Below, in pieces: positions 9,144 through 18,930 of a stretch of DNA of 37,471 nucleotides; positions within the stretch are counted from its first letter, which is position 1; each line of letters begins with the position of its first letter. The stretch lies in IMG/VR virus record IMGVR_UViG_2531839523_000005. The stretch is one strand, 5' to 3'. The translations under genes and the position numbers were made by a program. Source of the stretch: a virus (lineage: Duplodnaviria; Heunggongvirae; Uroviricota; Caudoviricetes). The notes under the pieces were generated by a model. The model worked only from the letters and a program-made list of their open reading frames with translations. It was not told the origin of the DNA and did not search any database.

Positions 9144-12100
9144 CAGCGGTACTCCTTACGTTGTTTCTGAGCAAGCAGACGCTCCAGCATTTTTTCCAGC
9201 TCATGCAGACTCATATTCAGGGCACCAGTCAGTCCTGCAGGCGCTGTGGTTTCCCTGCCATTGAGGAAAAACTGAGGATTAAAGCTGACCTGGATACCAC
9301 CAGACGTTCCACCGCCGGTTGCAGCTGCACCACGGCCTGAATATCCGGCAGCCAGGATTTCAGGCGAGGGGATACGGGGAACATCCGGTGTCATCTCATT
9401 TGCCAGACGTTGCCCTGGTAAAATCGATGCCCGGGTGGAGAGCGGAATAGCGGGCATGGAAGACAAACTATTGATTACGGCTCCGATCGCATTTTTAGCA
9501 GACGACATAAACCCATTGATATCGGGCAACGGCATACTGAAGCGAACACCTGAAGTGTTATCCCGTATTTCTGGCCCCTGAATGCTCACGGGCATTTTGG
9601 GGAGCAGTTCACTGGCCATTCGCTGCCCGGCCAGAGCTGCAAGCGGAGTGGTCCGCTGCAGGCCAATGGCGGCCCCCTGCGCGATATTGTCACCAAAGCC
9701 CATAAACACGCGGCTCGGCGAATGAATGCCCAGCTTTTCGCTGAACCAGCCACTGATGCTGTTGCCCATTCCGGTTACACTGGATTTGAGCGACTCCCAT
9801 TTGTTTTTGATACCGTTAATCAGACCATCGACAAGATGGCCACCGAAGTCGGTAAACTTTGCCGGCAGATCAACACCAAGATATTTCAGCGCAGCTGCAA
9901 AGGCTTTATAGAGCAGACCTGCCGGCGACCAGTTAATCAGCAGCTTACCAGTTCCCGCGATACCGCCGTTAAAGGCTTCCTGAATGTCAGCCCAGCACTG
10001 TTTAAACCAGCTACTGATGCTGTCACCCATTCCGGTTACACTGGATTTGAGCGACCCCCATTTGTTTTTGATACCGTTAATCAGACCGTCGATAAGATGG
10101 CCACCGAAGTCGGTGAACTTTGCCGGCAGAGTAACGCCGAAATATTTCAGCGCAGCCGCAAAGGCTTTATAGAGCAGGCCTGCCGGCGACCAGTTAATCA
10201 GCAACTTACCAGTTCCCACAATGCCGCCGTTAAAGGCTTCCTGAATGTCAGCCCAGCGCTGTTTAAACCAGCTACTGATGCTGTCACCCATTCCGGTTAC
10301 ACTGGATTTGAGCGACCCCCATTTGCTTTTGATACCGTTAATCAGACCGTCGATAAGATGGCCACCGAAGTCGGTGAACTTTGCCGGCAGAGCAACGCCG
10401 AAATATTTCAGCGCAGCCGCAAAGGCTTTATAGAGCAGGCCTGCCGGCGACCAGTTAATCAGCAACTTACCAGTTCCCACAATGCCGCCGTTAAAGGCTT
10501 CCTGAATGTCAGCCCAGCGCTGTTTAAACCAACCACTGACAGCCCCCCAGTTGCGGTAGATAAGGTAAGCTGCTGCCGCGACAGCGGTGATAACGAGACC
10601 GATGGGATTCATCATCAGCGCTCGCCCAATCCAGAGAACGGCACGTGCAGCGCTCATAAAACCGCGAACGAGGCTGCCCGCCAGAACTTTGCTGAGTTTC
10701 AGTCCTCCGCTGGTCAGTCGGCTGAATCCAGTGACAAGCCAGCGTAATTTGCCACCTTCTCCGAGTGCGGTAGTCAGTCGATGCCAGTTGGTCCGGAGTA
10801 AAACAGCATTTTTCCAGACACTTACAAAGGGGGAAATAAGGAGATTCAGCCCCAGTTTGAGACCAACAGTCGCTATCTTAATCGCAAGGAGCGCACTGAT
10901 GAGCTTAAAAGCCCCACTGACAAATTGCGGGTGAGTCGCTACCCAGTGTTTTGCCCCCTGAATGAGTGGAAGCAGTTCCTGAGTCAAAGAAATAAAAGAT
11001 GGAGCTAATTGATCGCCCAGCGTAATTGCCAGATCGCGACTGCTGACCATAAGTGTTTTAGTGGCTTCAAGGGGAGATTTCAGTCGCTGATCGTAAGCAC
11101 TGGCAAGCAAATCGTTATCCGCAGCCCTGAGAGCACCGGCACGGATCTCTCGATATCTGTCCATGTTGGCCAGCATCGGGCGGATAAATGCCATGACCTG
11201 CATATCCGCGAACATATCACCCAGACCAAAGTTTTTCGCCAGAGCCTGAAGTGCCTCATCTCTTGCCGTATCATTCTTTATTTTCATGGCGGATTTGAAG
11301 CCGGCCAGCGCTTCGGGGCTTTTGGCATTGAGGTAACGTTCTATAACACTCAACATCCCTTCAATCGGAGAGATCCCCGCAGCCTTATAACTCGCAATAG
11401 ATCCCTGCAAATCAATACCCAGATCAGCAAACTGTTTCTGAGTATCGCGGGCAAAAATTTTGGTAAGAAAGTTTTTAAAATTATTGGCTGCTTCGTCGGT
11501 GGAACCTGCACCGATTTTTGCTATCTGGAGACTGGCCCCGATTTCAGCAACAGCCTCTTTTCCACTGGCAATACCCGCCATCATTGGGGCCAGGGACTGC
11601 ATCCACTTGACCTGATCCGGGATTTCAAATGACCCCTGGTCACCGGCATAAGCCATAATATTCTGAACGGCACCAAAATCTCTGGCCGCACCTTTCAGGG
11701 AGTTTTGCCAGACTGCGGCCACTTTTGCCCAGTCCTGAGCAGACGTGCGTGTTGCCGTTGCCGCGCGGGCAATATCCGGCATCAGAAAACCGATATCTGA
11801 CACATTATCAATATTGTCGCTGATGAGTGAACCCACCGCCTCCTGCAGCTCATCCTGATACTGATTGTATTTAAGCGCCCAGCCTTTTATCTGTCCGGCA
11901 AGTGCATCCCGCGTTTTATTGTCATATTTTGCGGTGATCGACATATCAATCATTTTGTCCTGAAAAGACATGGACTGCTGAACGGCAGGGGAAACCGTAT
12001 GATAAACAGTCTGTGCCATGCCATACGCTTCAATCCCCTGACCATACAGCGCCATGCGGTTAGCTTTCAGCGCATCACTGGTAGCGGATGCCGCTGACAG

Positions 12101-12355
12101 ACGGCGCTGCTGGCGCTCAATTTGCTCCATGGTGCGGCTTACCCGCAGCAGCTCGCTGTTGAGATGCTGCATCCGGGAAGAACCCAGTTGACCATAACGT
12201 TCTGTTGCACGGGTTAAAGCGTTCTGACGTTCCTGCAGGCGGCGTGAGGTATCGCTCAGGGAATCAAGCGCACGGCGGGTACCGCTCATTGCAGAACGGA
12301 ATGTGCTGCCAATCATCCCGCCGATAACAACGCCGACTGAAAACTGTCCCGACAT
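9143..12355 (-). CDS. Tail tape measure protein
   Basis: 1070 aa; alpha-helical N-terminus; three tandem 87-aa repeats; GGAGG RBS upstream. Confidence 0.85.
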   Translation of the reverse strand: MSGQFSVGVVIGGMIGSTFRSAMSGTRRALDSLSDTSRRLQERQNALTRATERYGQLGSSRMQHLNSELLRVSRTMEQIERQQRRLSAASATSDALKANRMALYGQGIEAYGMAQTVYHTVSPAVQQSMSFQDKMIDMSITAKYDNKTRDALAGQIKGWALKYNQYQDELQEAVGSLISDNIDNVSDIGFLMPDIARAATATRTSAQDWAKVAAVWQNSLKGAARDFGAVQNIMAYAGDQGSFEIPDQVKWMQSLAPMMAGIASGKEAVAEIGASLQIAKIGAGSTDEAANNFKNFLTKIFARDTQKQFADLGIDLQGSIASYKAAGISPIEGMLSVIERYLNAKSPEALAGFKSAMKIKNDTARDEALQALAKNFGLGDMFADMQVMAFIRPMLANMDRYREIRAGALRAADNDLLASAYDQRLKSPLEATKTLMVSSRDLAITLGDQLAPSFISLTQELLPLIQGAKHWVATHPQFVSGAFKLISALLAIKIATVGLKLGLNLLISPFVSVWKNAVLLRTNWHRLTTALGEGGKLRWLVTGFSRLTSGGLKLSKVLAGSLVRGFMSAARAVLWIGRALMMNPIGLVITAVAAAAYLIYRNWGAVSGWFKQRWADIQEAFNGGIVGTGKLLINWSPAGLLYKAFAAALKYFGVALPAKFTDFGGHLIDGLINGIKSKWGSLKSSVTGMGDSISSWFKQRWADIQEAFNGGIVGTGKLLINWSPAGLLYKAFAAALKYFGVTLPAKFTDFGGHLIDGLINGIKNKWGSLKSSVTGMGDSISSWFKQCWADIQEAFNGGIAGTGKLLINWSPAGLLYKAFAAALKYLGVDLPAKFTDFGGHLVDGLINGIKNKWESLKSSVTGMGNSISGWFSEKLGIHSPSRVFMGFGDNIAQGAAIGLQRTTPLAALAGQRMASELLPKMPVSIQGPEIRDNTSGVRFSMPLPDINGFMSSAKNAIGAVINSLSSMPAIPLSTRASILPGQRLANEMTPDVPRIPSPEILAAGYSGRGAAATGGGTSGGIQVSFNPQFFLNGRETTAPAGLTGALNMSLHELEKMLERLLAQKQRKEYR
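9741..10529. repeat. Three tandem 261-bp coding repeats inside the tape measure gene
   Basis: CTACTGATGCTGTCACCCATTCCGGTTACACTGGATTTGAGCGA recurs with 261-bp period (about 9750, 10011, 10272); produces the look-alike antisense ORFs 9726-9911, 9984-10172, 10245-10433. Confidence 0.85.
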
Positions 12356-12430
12356 AGTGGTTAACCTCCGGGGAAGGTGAAAAGACGTGAGGGGATAACG
12401 CAGAACAGCCGCTACTGGCGGCTGTCTGTA

Positions 12431-12688
12431 CTATGATTTGTCGCCGTACTCGCTTTTGATTTGCTCTTCAGCCTGCTCCAGCCACATCTCCAGATCGTCA
12501 GTATCGAGGGCATCAATCTCCCCCGGCTGAAACCGGAACCATCTCGCCAGCAGCCCCTGCGCCTGCGTCAGCGCCCTGGTTGCTCTCACCCATCCCCGTG
12601 ATGAGCTGAAATCGTTTCTGTAACTGCAGGTAATCAGCCAGATCCATATTGTCGAGATCCTCCGGGAGAAGACCAGTACTGCGGGCAA
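12431..12688 (-). CDS. Possible frameshift extension of the tail assembly chaperone (+1 frame)
   Basis: C-terminal half …QPGEIDALDTDDLEMWLEQAEEQIKSEYGDKS is protein-like; N-terminal half is not; overlaps chaperone ORF by 176 nt. Confidence 0.3.
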   Translation of the reverse strand: MPAVLVFSRRISTIWIWLITCSYRNDFSSSRGWVRATRALTQAQGLLARWFRFQPGEIDALDTDDLEMWLEQAEEQIKSEYGDKS

Positions 12689-12848
12689 TCAGCGGTTCGT
12701 CCCAGTCTGCCGGGTTTTTGCTGATTTTGCGCACCTGCTTCAGGTCTTTTACCGTCAGGCGTTTCAGTTCAACCAGCTCAATTCTGGTGCCTGCAGCAGT
12801 GGTGAAGGGATAAGACAATTTAAAAGTATCGGATGGGGTCTGTGACAT
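12513..12848 (-). CDS. Tail assembly chaperone (Mu gp41-like)
   Basis: 111 aa; immediately upstream of tape measure. Confidence 0.6.
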   Translation of the reverse strand: MSQTPSDTFKLSYPFTTAAGTRIELVELKRLTVKDLKQVRKISKNPADWDEPLIARSTGLLPEDLDNMDLADYLQLQKRFQLITGMGESNQGADAGAGAAGEMVPVSAGGD

Positions 12849-12924
12849 GATTGTGCTCCTGTGTAAGTTCAGGGCAGTATGTCGGGAGAAGCGCGTGACG
12901 GATATTAAAGGAGATTAAGAAGAA

Positions 12925-12938
12925 GGGGCCGGAGCCCC
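12925..12938 (-). terminator. Weak hairpin with U-rich tail downstream of the 93-aa ORF
   Basis: Minus-strand GGGGCUCCGGCCCC followed by UUCUUCUUAAUCUCC. Confidence 0.25.
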
Positions 12939-12945
12939 TGTGATG

Positions 12946-13227
12946 TCAGCAAGTGCGAAACCCCTTGCAGTTACGCAGGAAAGCGATGAGAAGCGTCTTT
13001 CCCTCAGATTTGCCGATGCCGGAGAACCAGTGGTCGGGAGGCTCCCATGCTTCAATCAAATCCGCCAGTTTGCGGGCCTTTGAACGTGTGCAGTCAATCG
13101 GGTCATTGGTTTTACGGGTATTAAAAAGGGTTTCCACCCCCGGAATATCAAGGAGGGTAAACCACGTACCATTTGACATGCCCAGTGCCGCACATCGTCC
13201 TCCTTTATCCGTCAGTTCAACACTCAC
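12946..13227 (-). CDS. Hypothetical protein between tail tube and chaperone genes (possible moron)
   Basis: 93 aa, GTG start 3 bp after tube stop; no recognisable family. Confidence 0.4.
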   Translation of the reverse strand: MSVELTDKGGRCAALGMSNGTWFTLLDIPGVETLFNTRKTNDPIDCTRSKARKLADLIEAWEPPDHWFSGIGKSEGKTLLIAFLRNCKGFRTC

Positions 13228-13229
13228 CG

Positions 13230-13751
13230 TCAGCCCCCGATATTGATACGGTAGTCAGTCAGTTGATCAACACCGCCGACCCGGAAGATGTTGGCCAGAT
13301 AGTCCAGTTGCAGCAGCTCTTCACCATCCAGTACCTGTCTGATATACGTGCAGGTGAAGCTACTGGAGAACTCGGCGTTCTCGTGCTGTTTGAACGTCCC
13401 CAGCGGGTTCTTCTTGAACATAATCGTCAGGAAGGTGACCAGCGGGATTTCGTCAATCAGCCCCTGCGAGCTGTAGCGCTGGACGCTGGAACGACACTGC
13501 AGTGCCAGCGACCTGTACGGGTTCGCGGCAGACAGCATCGCATCGCGGTAAAAGCTGTTCCATTTGATTTCGCCTTCCAGTTTGTCAAAACCAGCCGGGA
13601 GTTCCACCTTACCCACCATCCCCAGCGCCTTGTGTTCCTGCATAATCATGGAGACATCGGGGAGTTTAACTTCCTCAGCCCGTCCCAGCAGGTTAGTACC
13701 ATCCAGATAGATGTTGGCATTCGTGATGCGGTTTATCTCAATCTTTGACAT
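13230..13751 (-). CDS. Tail tube protein (Mu M-like)
   Basis: 173 aa; directly follows sheath gene. Confidence 0.75.
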   Translation of the reverse strand: MSKIEINRITNANIYLDGTNLLGRAEEVKLPDVSMIMQEHKALGMVGKVELPAGFDKLEGEIKWNSFYRDAMLSAANPYRSLALQCRSSVQRYSSQGLIDEIPLVTFLTIMFKKNPLGTFKQHENAEFSSSFTCTYIRQVLDGEELLQLDYLANIFRVGGVDQLTDYRINIGG

Positions 13752-15178
13752 CAGTTGCCCCCTTTCAGGGTTAACAGGTATTCCGAGGTGATCTCAGTCT
13801 CAAACGTCAGTCGCTCCAGCGGCGGTGGTGGCGTATATTTGTAGCTCAGCAACAGGTGCCCGGCGGCCAGCTCCGTCTCCGGATTGCGGGCCGGATCAAA
13901 CCAGCAACGGAAGCCCAGTACCGCACCATCACCAGTCATTTTGCGACCGTAGGCGTTGACCGACTCCGTCAGTGCATCAATCAGCGCCTGAGTAATCGGC
14001 ATGTCGATGTACTGCTGGCTGAAATAACGAATGGACTCGTTGATCACATCACCGGTGCGGCGAACGTTCTCAAAGTTACGCATATGGGTGACCGTTGGCC
14101 ATGCTGCCGTCCGGTTACCCCACAGACGAAGGCCGCTGCCGTAACTGCTGAATACCGTGGTGATCCCCTGTTCGTTAAGCAGGTTCACCTCACTCTGCGG
14201 GTCATCAATCATCGCGGACAGCTGGCGCTCCACGCCGGTGATCCCCAGAATCTCCTGATTGGAGGATGACCACCAGTAGCCCTTGTCCAGATCGACTCTG
14301 GCACGCAGACCTGCTGCACGCTGGCTGAGCGGCTCCAGACGCTCTGTGTTTGTCACCGGGTCATATACCTTCACATGCGGATAGCACAGACGGACGCGGT
14401 CGGAGCTGGTATTGAAGTTGATGGTGCCTTCCGGGCCACGACCTGCCAGAGCCTGTGCAAAGGTGGTACCGACAGGCGCATCAATGTAGGTTACCGCGCC
14501 CAGCTTCTCTGCCATGGCGATAAGCTCAACTGCGACACTCTTCTGGGTGCAGAACACCGGCGCAATCAGAATTTTGGCGAAATAGCCGTACAGGTTGAAG
14601 CTGTCGTTAAGCAGCTTCATGCCGGTTCGGTTTCCGGCGCTGTTCACCCCGCCGATGATGTCCGCCGCAGTCACCTTCGACGGGTCCGCGTACTCATAGC
14701 TCACCTTCACGCTGCCACCGGCCTCAATAGCCTTGCCCGGGTTCGTGAGCACACCCGCCTGCGCATCAACACGGTAGTCCGTGTTCGCCGTGTGGGTGGT
14801 GCTGCCTTCACTGTTTTTCACCACCACATTAGCGACAACCGGATGCGCCAGTCTGGCCTGCCCTGTCGATTTGTCAAAGGTAACCACCTCATCCTCGATC
14901 GCCGTTTTATGTTTCGCCGGGTCGAGGACGTTAATGACCAGAACGGTGCCTGCACCATGGTCATAAATCGCATCCAGCGCCTGCGGAATGGTAAAGCCGG
15001 TGAACTGGCTGCCAAATGCCGCTGCGTCTTTCTCAGACAGGCACTGTACCAGCGTATTGACATCCCCCATCGGGGCGGTACCAATCAGGCCAATAACGGC
15101 AGATTTCACCGTTTTAACCGGGCGGGCACCGTTTTCCACCTCAATGGTTTCGGGACCATGCAGATAGTTAGCTGCCAT
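13751..15178 (-). CDS. Tail sheath protein (Mu L-like)
   Basis: 475 aa; conserved position and size. Confidence 0.85.
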   Translation of the reverse strand: MAANYLHGPETIEVENGARPVKTVKSAVIGLIGTAPMGDVNTLVQCLSEKDAAAFGSQFTGFTIPQALDAIYDHGAGTVLVINVLDPAKHKTAIEDEVVTFDKSTGQARLAHPVVANVVVKNSEGSTTHTANTDYRVDAQAGVLTNPGKAIEAGGSVKVSYEYADPSKVTAADIIGGVNSAGNRTGMKLLNDSFNLYGYFAKILIAPVFCTQKSVAVELIAMAEKLGAVTYIDAPVGTTFAQALAGRGPEGTINFNTSSDRVRLCYPHVKVYDPVTNTERLEPLSQRAAGLRARVDLDKGYWWSSSNQEILGITGVERQLSAMIDDPQSEVNLLNEQGITTVFSSYGSGLRLWGNRTAAWPTVTHMRNFENVRRTGDVINESIRYFSQQYIDMPITQALIDALTESVNAYGRKMTGDGAVLGFRCWFDPARNPETELAAGHLLLSYKYTPPPPLERLTFETEITSEYLLTLKGGN

Positions 15179-15422
15179 GGGTGTCCTCCGTTTTCACTTC
15201 GCTGTCACTGCTGCTTCTGCGCTTTGGTGACTGCACAGCCGGTGTGCCGGCGGGTTTAGTCTCTTCAGGTACCGGCGTCAGATGTTTCAGCGCCACCAGT
15301 ACCTTCACGTAGTCATGCTCCTCCGGCAGGGAAACCGTCTTCCCCGGCCAGAGCAGGATTTCGGTTCCGTCCGACAGCGTGACGCCGCTGGCCGGGCCGG
15401 AATAGCGGTATTCTTTCATCAC
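15168..15422 (-). CDS. Mu gp38-like small protein
   Basis: 84 aa; synteny. Confidence 0.55.
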   Translation of the reverse strand: MMKEYRYSGPASGVTLSDGTEILLWPGKTVSLPEEHDYVKVLVALKHLTPVPEETKPAGTPAVQSPKRRSSSDSEVKTEDTHGS

Positions 15423-15883
15423 TCGCTTTCCTCATAGTTCACTTCGGTTAACAGCGGGCCGGACGGTAAATCGCTGTCTTCGATAAAGACGCTTTCAGTC
15501 GCGAAGTCGAGGGCGTACTGCCACAGCCCCCTGACTTCACCGATAAACACCTCGCGGGTCAGCCAGATACGGCGGCGGCAGCCGGGCGGGGTGTGGCCAC
15601 CGAGAATGCGGCGGACAGCATCCAGGACATTAATCGCCCCTTTTTTACCGTTGAGCTGGCGGAAGACCACCGTGACGCAGAGCTGGATAGTCTGAGACTG
15701 GATCACCGCACCGGTATCATCCGGCCTGTCAAAGCGCGAACCGGCATAGCTCAACAGCAACGCGCCAACCGGATGGTTCAGGCGATATTCAGCCGGTTTC
15801 TCCGGGAAGTACTCCACCTGCAGTTGCGGCAGCTTCTCGCGTAACCGGGCCAGTACCGCATCAAGGACGGGCAGAACGTTCAT
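15419..15883 (-). CDS. Mu gp37 (K)-like head-tail protein
   Basis: 154 aa; synteny. Confidence 0.6.
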   Translation of the reverse strand: MNVLPVLDAVLARLREKLPQLQVEYFPEKPAEYRLNHPVGALLLSYAGSRFDRPDDTGAVIQSQTIQLCVTVVFRQLNGKKGAINVLDAVRRILGGHTPPGCRRRIWLTREVFIGEVRGLWQYALDFATESVFIEDSDLPSGPLLTEVNYEESE

Positions 15884-16329
15884 CAGTATTTCTCCAGTAA
15901 ACCGTCACGACCGCCGAAAGTAGCCGGGCGACTGCGTACACGAAACTCGCCAGGCTCAGGCACATCTTTCTGAGTGGACGGCAGCCCCAGCGTGAGCCTG
16001 TTATCACGTAACTCCCTGAGTTGCCGCAGCGCTTCTTTGTGGTCATCCTTCACCGTATCCGGGAGGTCACCTTCCGGGCGGCGGGCGTAGAGCCGGTAAC
16101 GGACCAGCGTGATGGCAATGTCCCGCAGAACAGTCGGTATCTCTGCCAGTGGCAGGATATAGCGTCCGCGCAGATGGGCATCAATCAGCTCGTCGGCATA
16201 GCGGATACAGCTGTCCACCACACGGGTATTCACTGTTGCAGGTGAGTCGAAGTCCATCTCTTCACTGGTGAGCTCGATAAGCGTCCGCTCCGGCACCTGC
16301 GCAAGCAAATCCTCCAGGGTGCAGTACAT
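15883..16329 (-). CDS. Mu gp36 (J)-like protein
   Basis: Start taken at internal Met (MYCTLEDLLAQ…); the track ORF 15883-16491 overlaps the upstream gene. Confidence 0.6.
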   Translation of the reverse strand: MYCTLEDLLAQVPERTLIELTSEEMDFDSPATVNTRVVDSCIRYADELIDAHLRGRYILPLAEIPTVLRDIAITLVRYRLYARRPEGDLPDTVKDDHKEALRQLRELRDNRLTLGLPSTQKDVPEPGEFRVRSRPATFGGRDGLLEKY

Positions 16330-16330
16330 G

Positions 16331-16669
16331 TCACACCCCGCGCAGGATACGAATGACGTCGCCTTCACCCCCGGCTTCATCAAGTGCAATACCACAGGAT
16401 TTACCGTCGCCGGACTGCGGCACGGCTCTGGCCTGAGCATCTGACTGAACAGCCACACCACGGCTGACAGCGGCCCCGGCCTCGACAGCAATAATGCCCA
16501 GAACGCTCACCGGCGTGCTGTCGCCGGTAACAGCATCCACTTCGGCAACCCCGAGCGCTGCGGCACCGGCTTTACAGGGGGTATTATCTGCCCCGACAAA
16601 ACGCTGCTGTGCCAGTGCTGCCCCTGCCGTTACGGTTGTGATCAGAATGACCTGCTGAGTGGTTCCCAT
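16331..16669 (-). CDS. Hypothetical head-associated protein (Mu gp35 position)
   Basis: 112 aa, Ala/Gly/Val-rich. Confidence 0.5.
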   Translation of the reverse strand: MGTTQQVILITTVTAGAALAQQRFVGADNTPCKAGAAALGVAEVDAVTGDSTPVSVLGIIAVEAGAAVSRGVAVQSDAQARAVPQSGDGKSCGIALDEAGGEGDVIRILRGV

Positions 16670-16678
16670 AACGCCTCC

Positions 16679-17632
16679 TTATTTACTGATACCGGTAATG
16701 AGATACCCGGCATCGCCACCAACCACGGCGACTTTGTAGATATCGGTATAACGGCAGTACTTCACCTTGCCACCGGCTCCGTCGTATTTGTCGGCAACAG
16801 GCATCCCCTTACGACGCAGGGTGTAGCCGAAGGACGGCTCGTTCTCGTCCGCGCTGTCCGCCCCCGGCTGCGGTTTGCCGACATAGTGCAGCATCAGATT
16901 GTCTCCCCAGATATCCGCCGGCACGCTGTTCTTATCCATTGCCGCTTTCATGGACGGCAGGGAGACTGGGGCACCGATGACGATCTCTTCGATCTGAAAG
17001 AGGTCCTGCAGGATTTCTGTGGTGATGCGCTTGCGTTCGTTGGCTCCGATGGCGGCCTGAATCGCCGGGTGGAACTTCAGCAGCGCCATCACGCCGGCCC
17101 CCATGGTCATCAGGTTAGGACGCAGCCCCGTGGCCGTACGGACCGCTTCCATACCGGCTTCAATCACCCCGATGGGGTCCCCCTTACCACCGGCCCAGCG
17201 ATCACTGGCTGTCAGTTTTTTGACGTGCCCGGTACGGTAGACCTTTTCATCCTGAGCCAGACGGGCAGCGATAAGTTCACGGCGCAGGTTCACGCCATTC
17301 GTGGCGCGACGGATGGCCTTGCTCTCTTCGTTAAACATGGACTCCGCCTGCTCGCGATAGTCCACCGGCGCAGCCAGATCGTGTTCACCCAGCACCAGGT
17401 CCAGCGTGCCTGTTTTTTCACGGACCAGAACATTGCTGTCCGCCCCGACGGCACGCTCGGTGTCATATTCCACAAAGGCGGTTTTCCCGAAGGTCGGTAC
17501 ACGCACGCCTTCCTTGTCCGTCAGCACGACGGGGAAAATACGTTCGCCGATGAATGCGGCATTTTTATAGCCACGGGCGATACTGGTCAGTACCGGATCA
17601 ACGACACGTTTACCTTTTAAGTAATCAGACAT
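16679..17632 (-). CDS. Major head subunit (Mu T-like)
   Basis: 317 aa; conserved position after I. Confidence 0.85.
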   Translation of the reverse strand: MSDYLKGKRVVDPVLTSIARGYKNAAFIGERIFPVVLTDKEGVRVPTFGKTAFVEYDTERAVGADSNVLVREKTGTLDLVLGEHDLAAPVDYREQAESMFNEESKAIRRATNGVNLRRELIAARLAQDEKVYRTGHVKKLTASDRWAGGKGDPIGVIEAGMEAVRTATGLRPNLMTMGAGVMALLKFHPAIQAAIGANERKRITTEILQDLFQIEEIVIGAPVSLPSMKAAMDKNSVPADIWGDNLMLHYVGKPQPGADSADENEPSFGYTLRRKGMPVADKYDGAGGKVKYCRYTDIYKVAVVGGDAGYLITGISK

Positions 17633-17646
17633 GCTCTCTCCTTAAA

Positions 17647-18762
17647 TTACAGGCAGCGTGCGACAGCAGCCTCATAGCTGATGCCTTCTTTTTTGGACAG
17701 GGCCACTGCTTTCTGATGCAGGGCCAGACGCTCAGGATCGGCTTCCGCAAACTCTGCCACATCCACCTTCACCGTGTCGCCGACACGCTCTTTTGTGGCC
17801 TGTTCGGCGAAATTCATCACCGGCTCCCCGTCGGAGAGCAATGAACGAAAGGCGGTGGCCAGCGGTGTGCGGCTTTCCCCCTCAGCAAACTCCCCCGGCT
17901 TGTCGCCACCGGCGACGGCATCCAGCAGGGCAACCACCACGGAGGAGGCGCGGGGAGCCAGACGGCCCTCTGCGACCAGTTTTTCTGCAAAGGCCACATT
18001 GTCCTTATGCAGTTGCTCCTGTCTGACCTGTGCATCACGCGCATCGCGATCAGCAGCCTGCTGCTTCAGGCGGCGGTTCTCCTCCTGAAGGGCTTCAATC
18101 TCTTCTTTTGTCATCGATGATTCCTCGTTACTTGCGGAAGACGGCCCCGGGCCTGTCTCACTGAATTGTGCACCTGCTGCATCCTGCGACAGTGTGTCGC
18201 GGTACGCCTCTTCGCGCAGACTGTTGAGCTGCCATTCCGGCAGGACTTTTTCTGCCTCGTCCAGACTGAAGCGGGCGATCAGAAAATCGCGCAGCTTTCC
18301 CCACAGGGAGGCATTCGTGATGGCCTGCCAGTCGGCGAACTCCACCACACCTTCTTCCTGCTCACTGAAGGACACCTGTTTCAGCCCCTTGACGGAAGGT
18401 GGCTGTGCCCCGAGAAAGCCCACATGGCGAAGGTAGAGCACGCCGGGCTTCGGATTGGACGGTGAATCCGGGAGGTAGAAAGAGGCGGACACTTTTTTGA
18501 ATCGTCCGTCGGTGACCATCTCAGCAAACTGCGGGTCCAGCTGGGCAGGCTCTGCCATCAGATCGACGCCGCTGAGCGACAGGGCTTTCACCCAGCCCCA
18601 CGCCGGGTCTTCCGTTCTGGGATGACCAATCACGAGTGGTGCTTCATGGACGGACGGGTCATAGGCTTTCACGCAGGCGGCAAGATCGTCTGGCGTGAAC
18701 GGCAGTTTTTTGCCGTGCATATCGGTATGAGTACCGGCTTTAAAAATGTGAATGGCTGACAT
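17647..18762 (-). CDS. Mu I-like protease/scaffold protein
   Basis: 371 aa, MSAIHIFKAGTHTDMHGKKLPF…; coiled-coil C-terminal half. Confidence 0.85.
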   Translation of the reverse strand: MSAIHIFKAGTHTDMHGKKLPFTPDDLAACVKAYDPSVHEAPLVIGHPRTEDPAWGWVKALSLSGVDLMAEPAQLDPQFAEMVTDGRFKKVSASFYLPDSPSNPKPGVLYLRHVGFLGAQPPSVKGLKQVSFSEQEEGVVEFADWQAITNASLWGKLRDFLIARFSLDEAEKVLPEWQLNSLREEAYRDTLSQDAAGAQFSETGPGPSSASNEESSMTKEEIEALQEENRRLKQQAADRDARDAQVRQEQLHKDNVAFAEKLVAEGRLAPRASSVVVALLDAVAGGDKPGEFAEGESRTPLATAFRSLLSDGEPVMNFAEQATKERVGDTVKVDVAEFAEADPERLALHQKAVALSKKEGISYEAAVARCL

Positions 18763-18898
18763 TTTGCTGTCCCGCGTTATGTTGTCGGAGACAGTTTGTG
18801 AGAAATGCAGGCCCGGCGATTTTAATCTGCTTTAGAAAACATCAGGGGAGAAGGACAGGGAAAGCAATGCGGTGAACCGGAGGCGGTTATAAAACAGA

Positions 18899-18930
18899 GG
18901 CTGTAAAGCCTTTATAAAGGTAATACAGCC
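18899..18930 (-). terminator. Nested palindrome between G-like and I genes; candidate intrinsic terminator or regulator site
   Basis: GGCTGTA…TACAGCC enclosing perfect palindrome CCTTTATAAAGG (18909-18920); on the minus strand followed by CUCUGUUUUAUAA. Confidence 0.4.

Noticed and set aside
9722-10747. Plus-strand 341-aa ORF and three similar 61-62-aa ORFs; also considered as a CRISPR-like array
   Set aside because: They are antisense shadows of the 261-bp tandem coding repeats in the tape measure gene; the repeats are contiguous with no spacers.
14375-15259. Plus-strand 294-aa ORF
   Set aside because: Antisense to the tail sheath gene.
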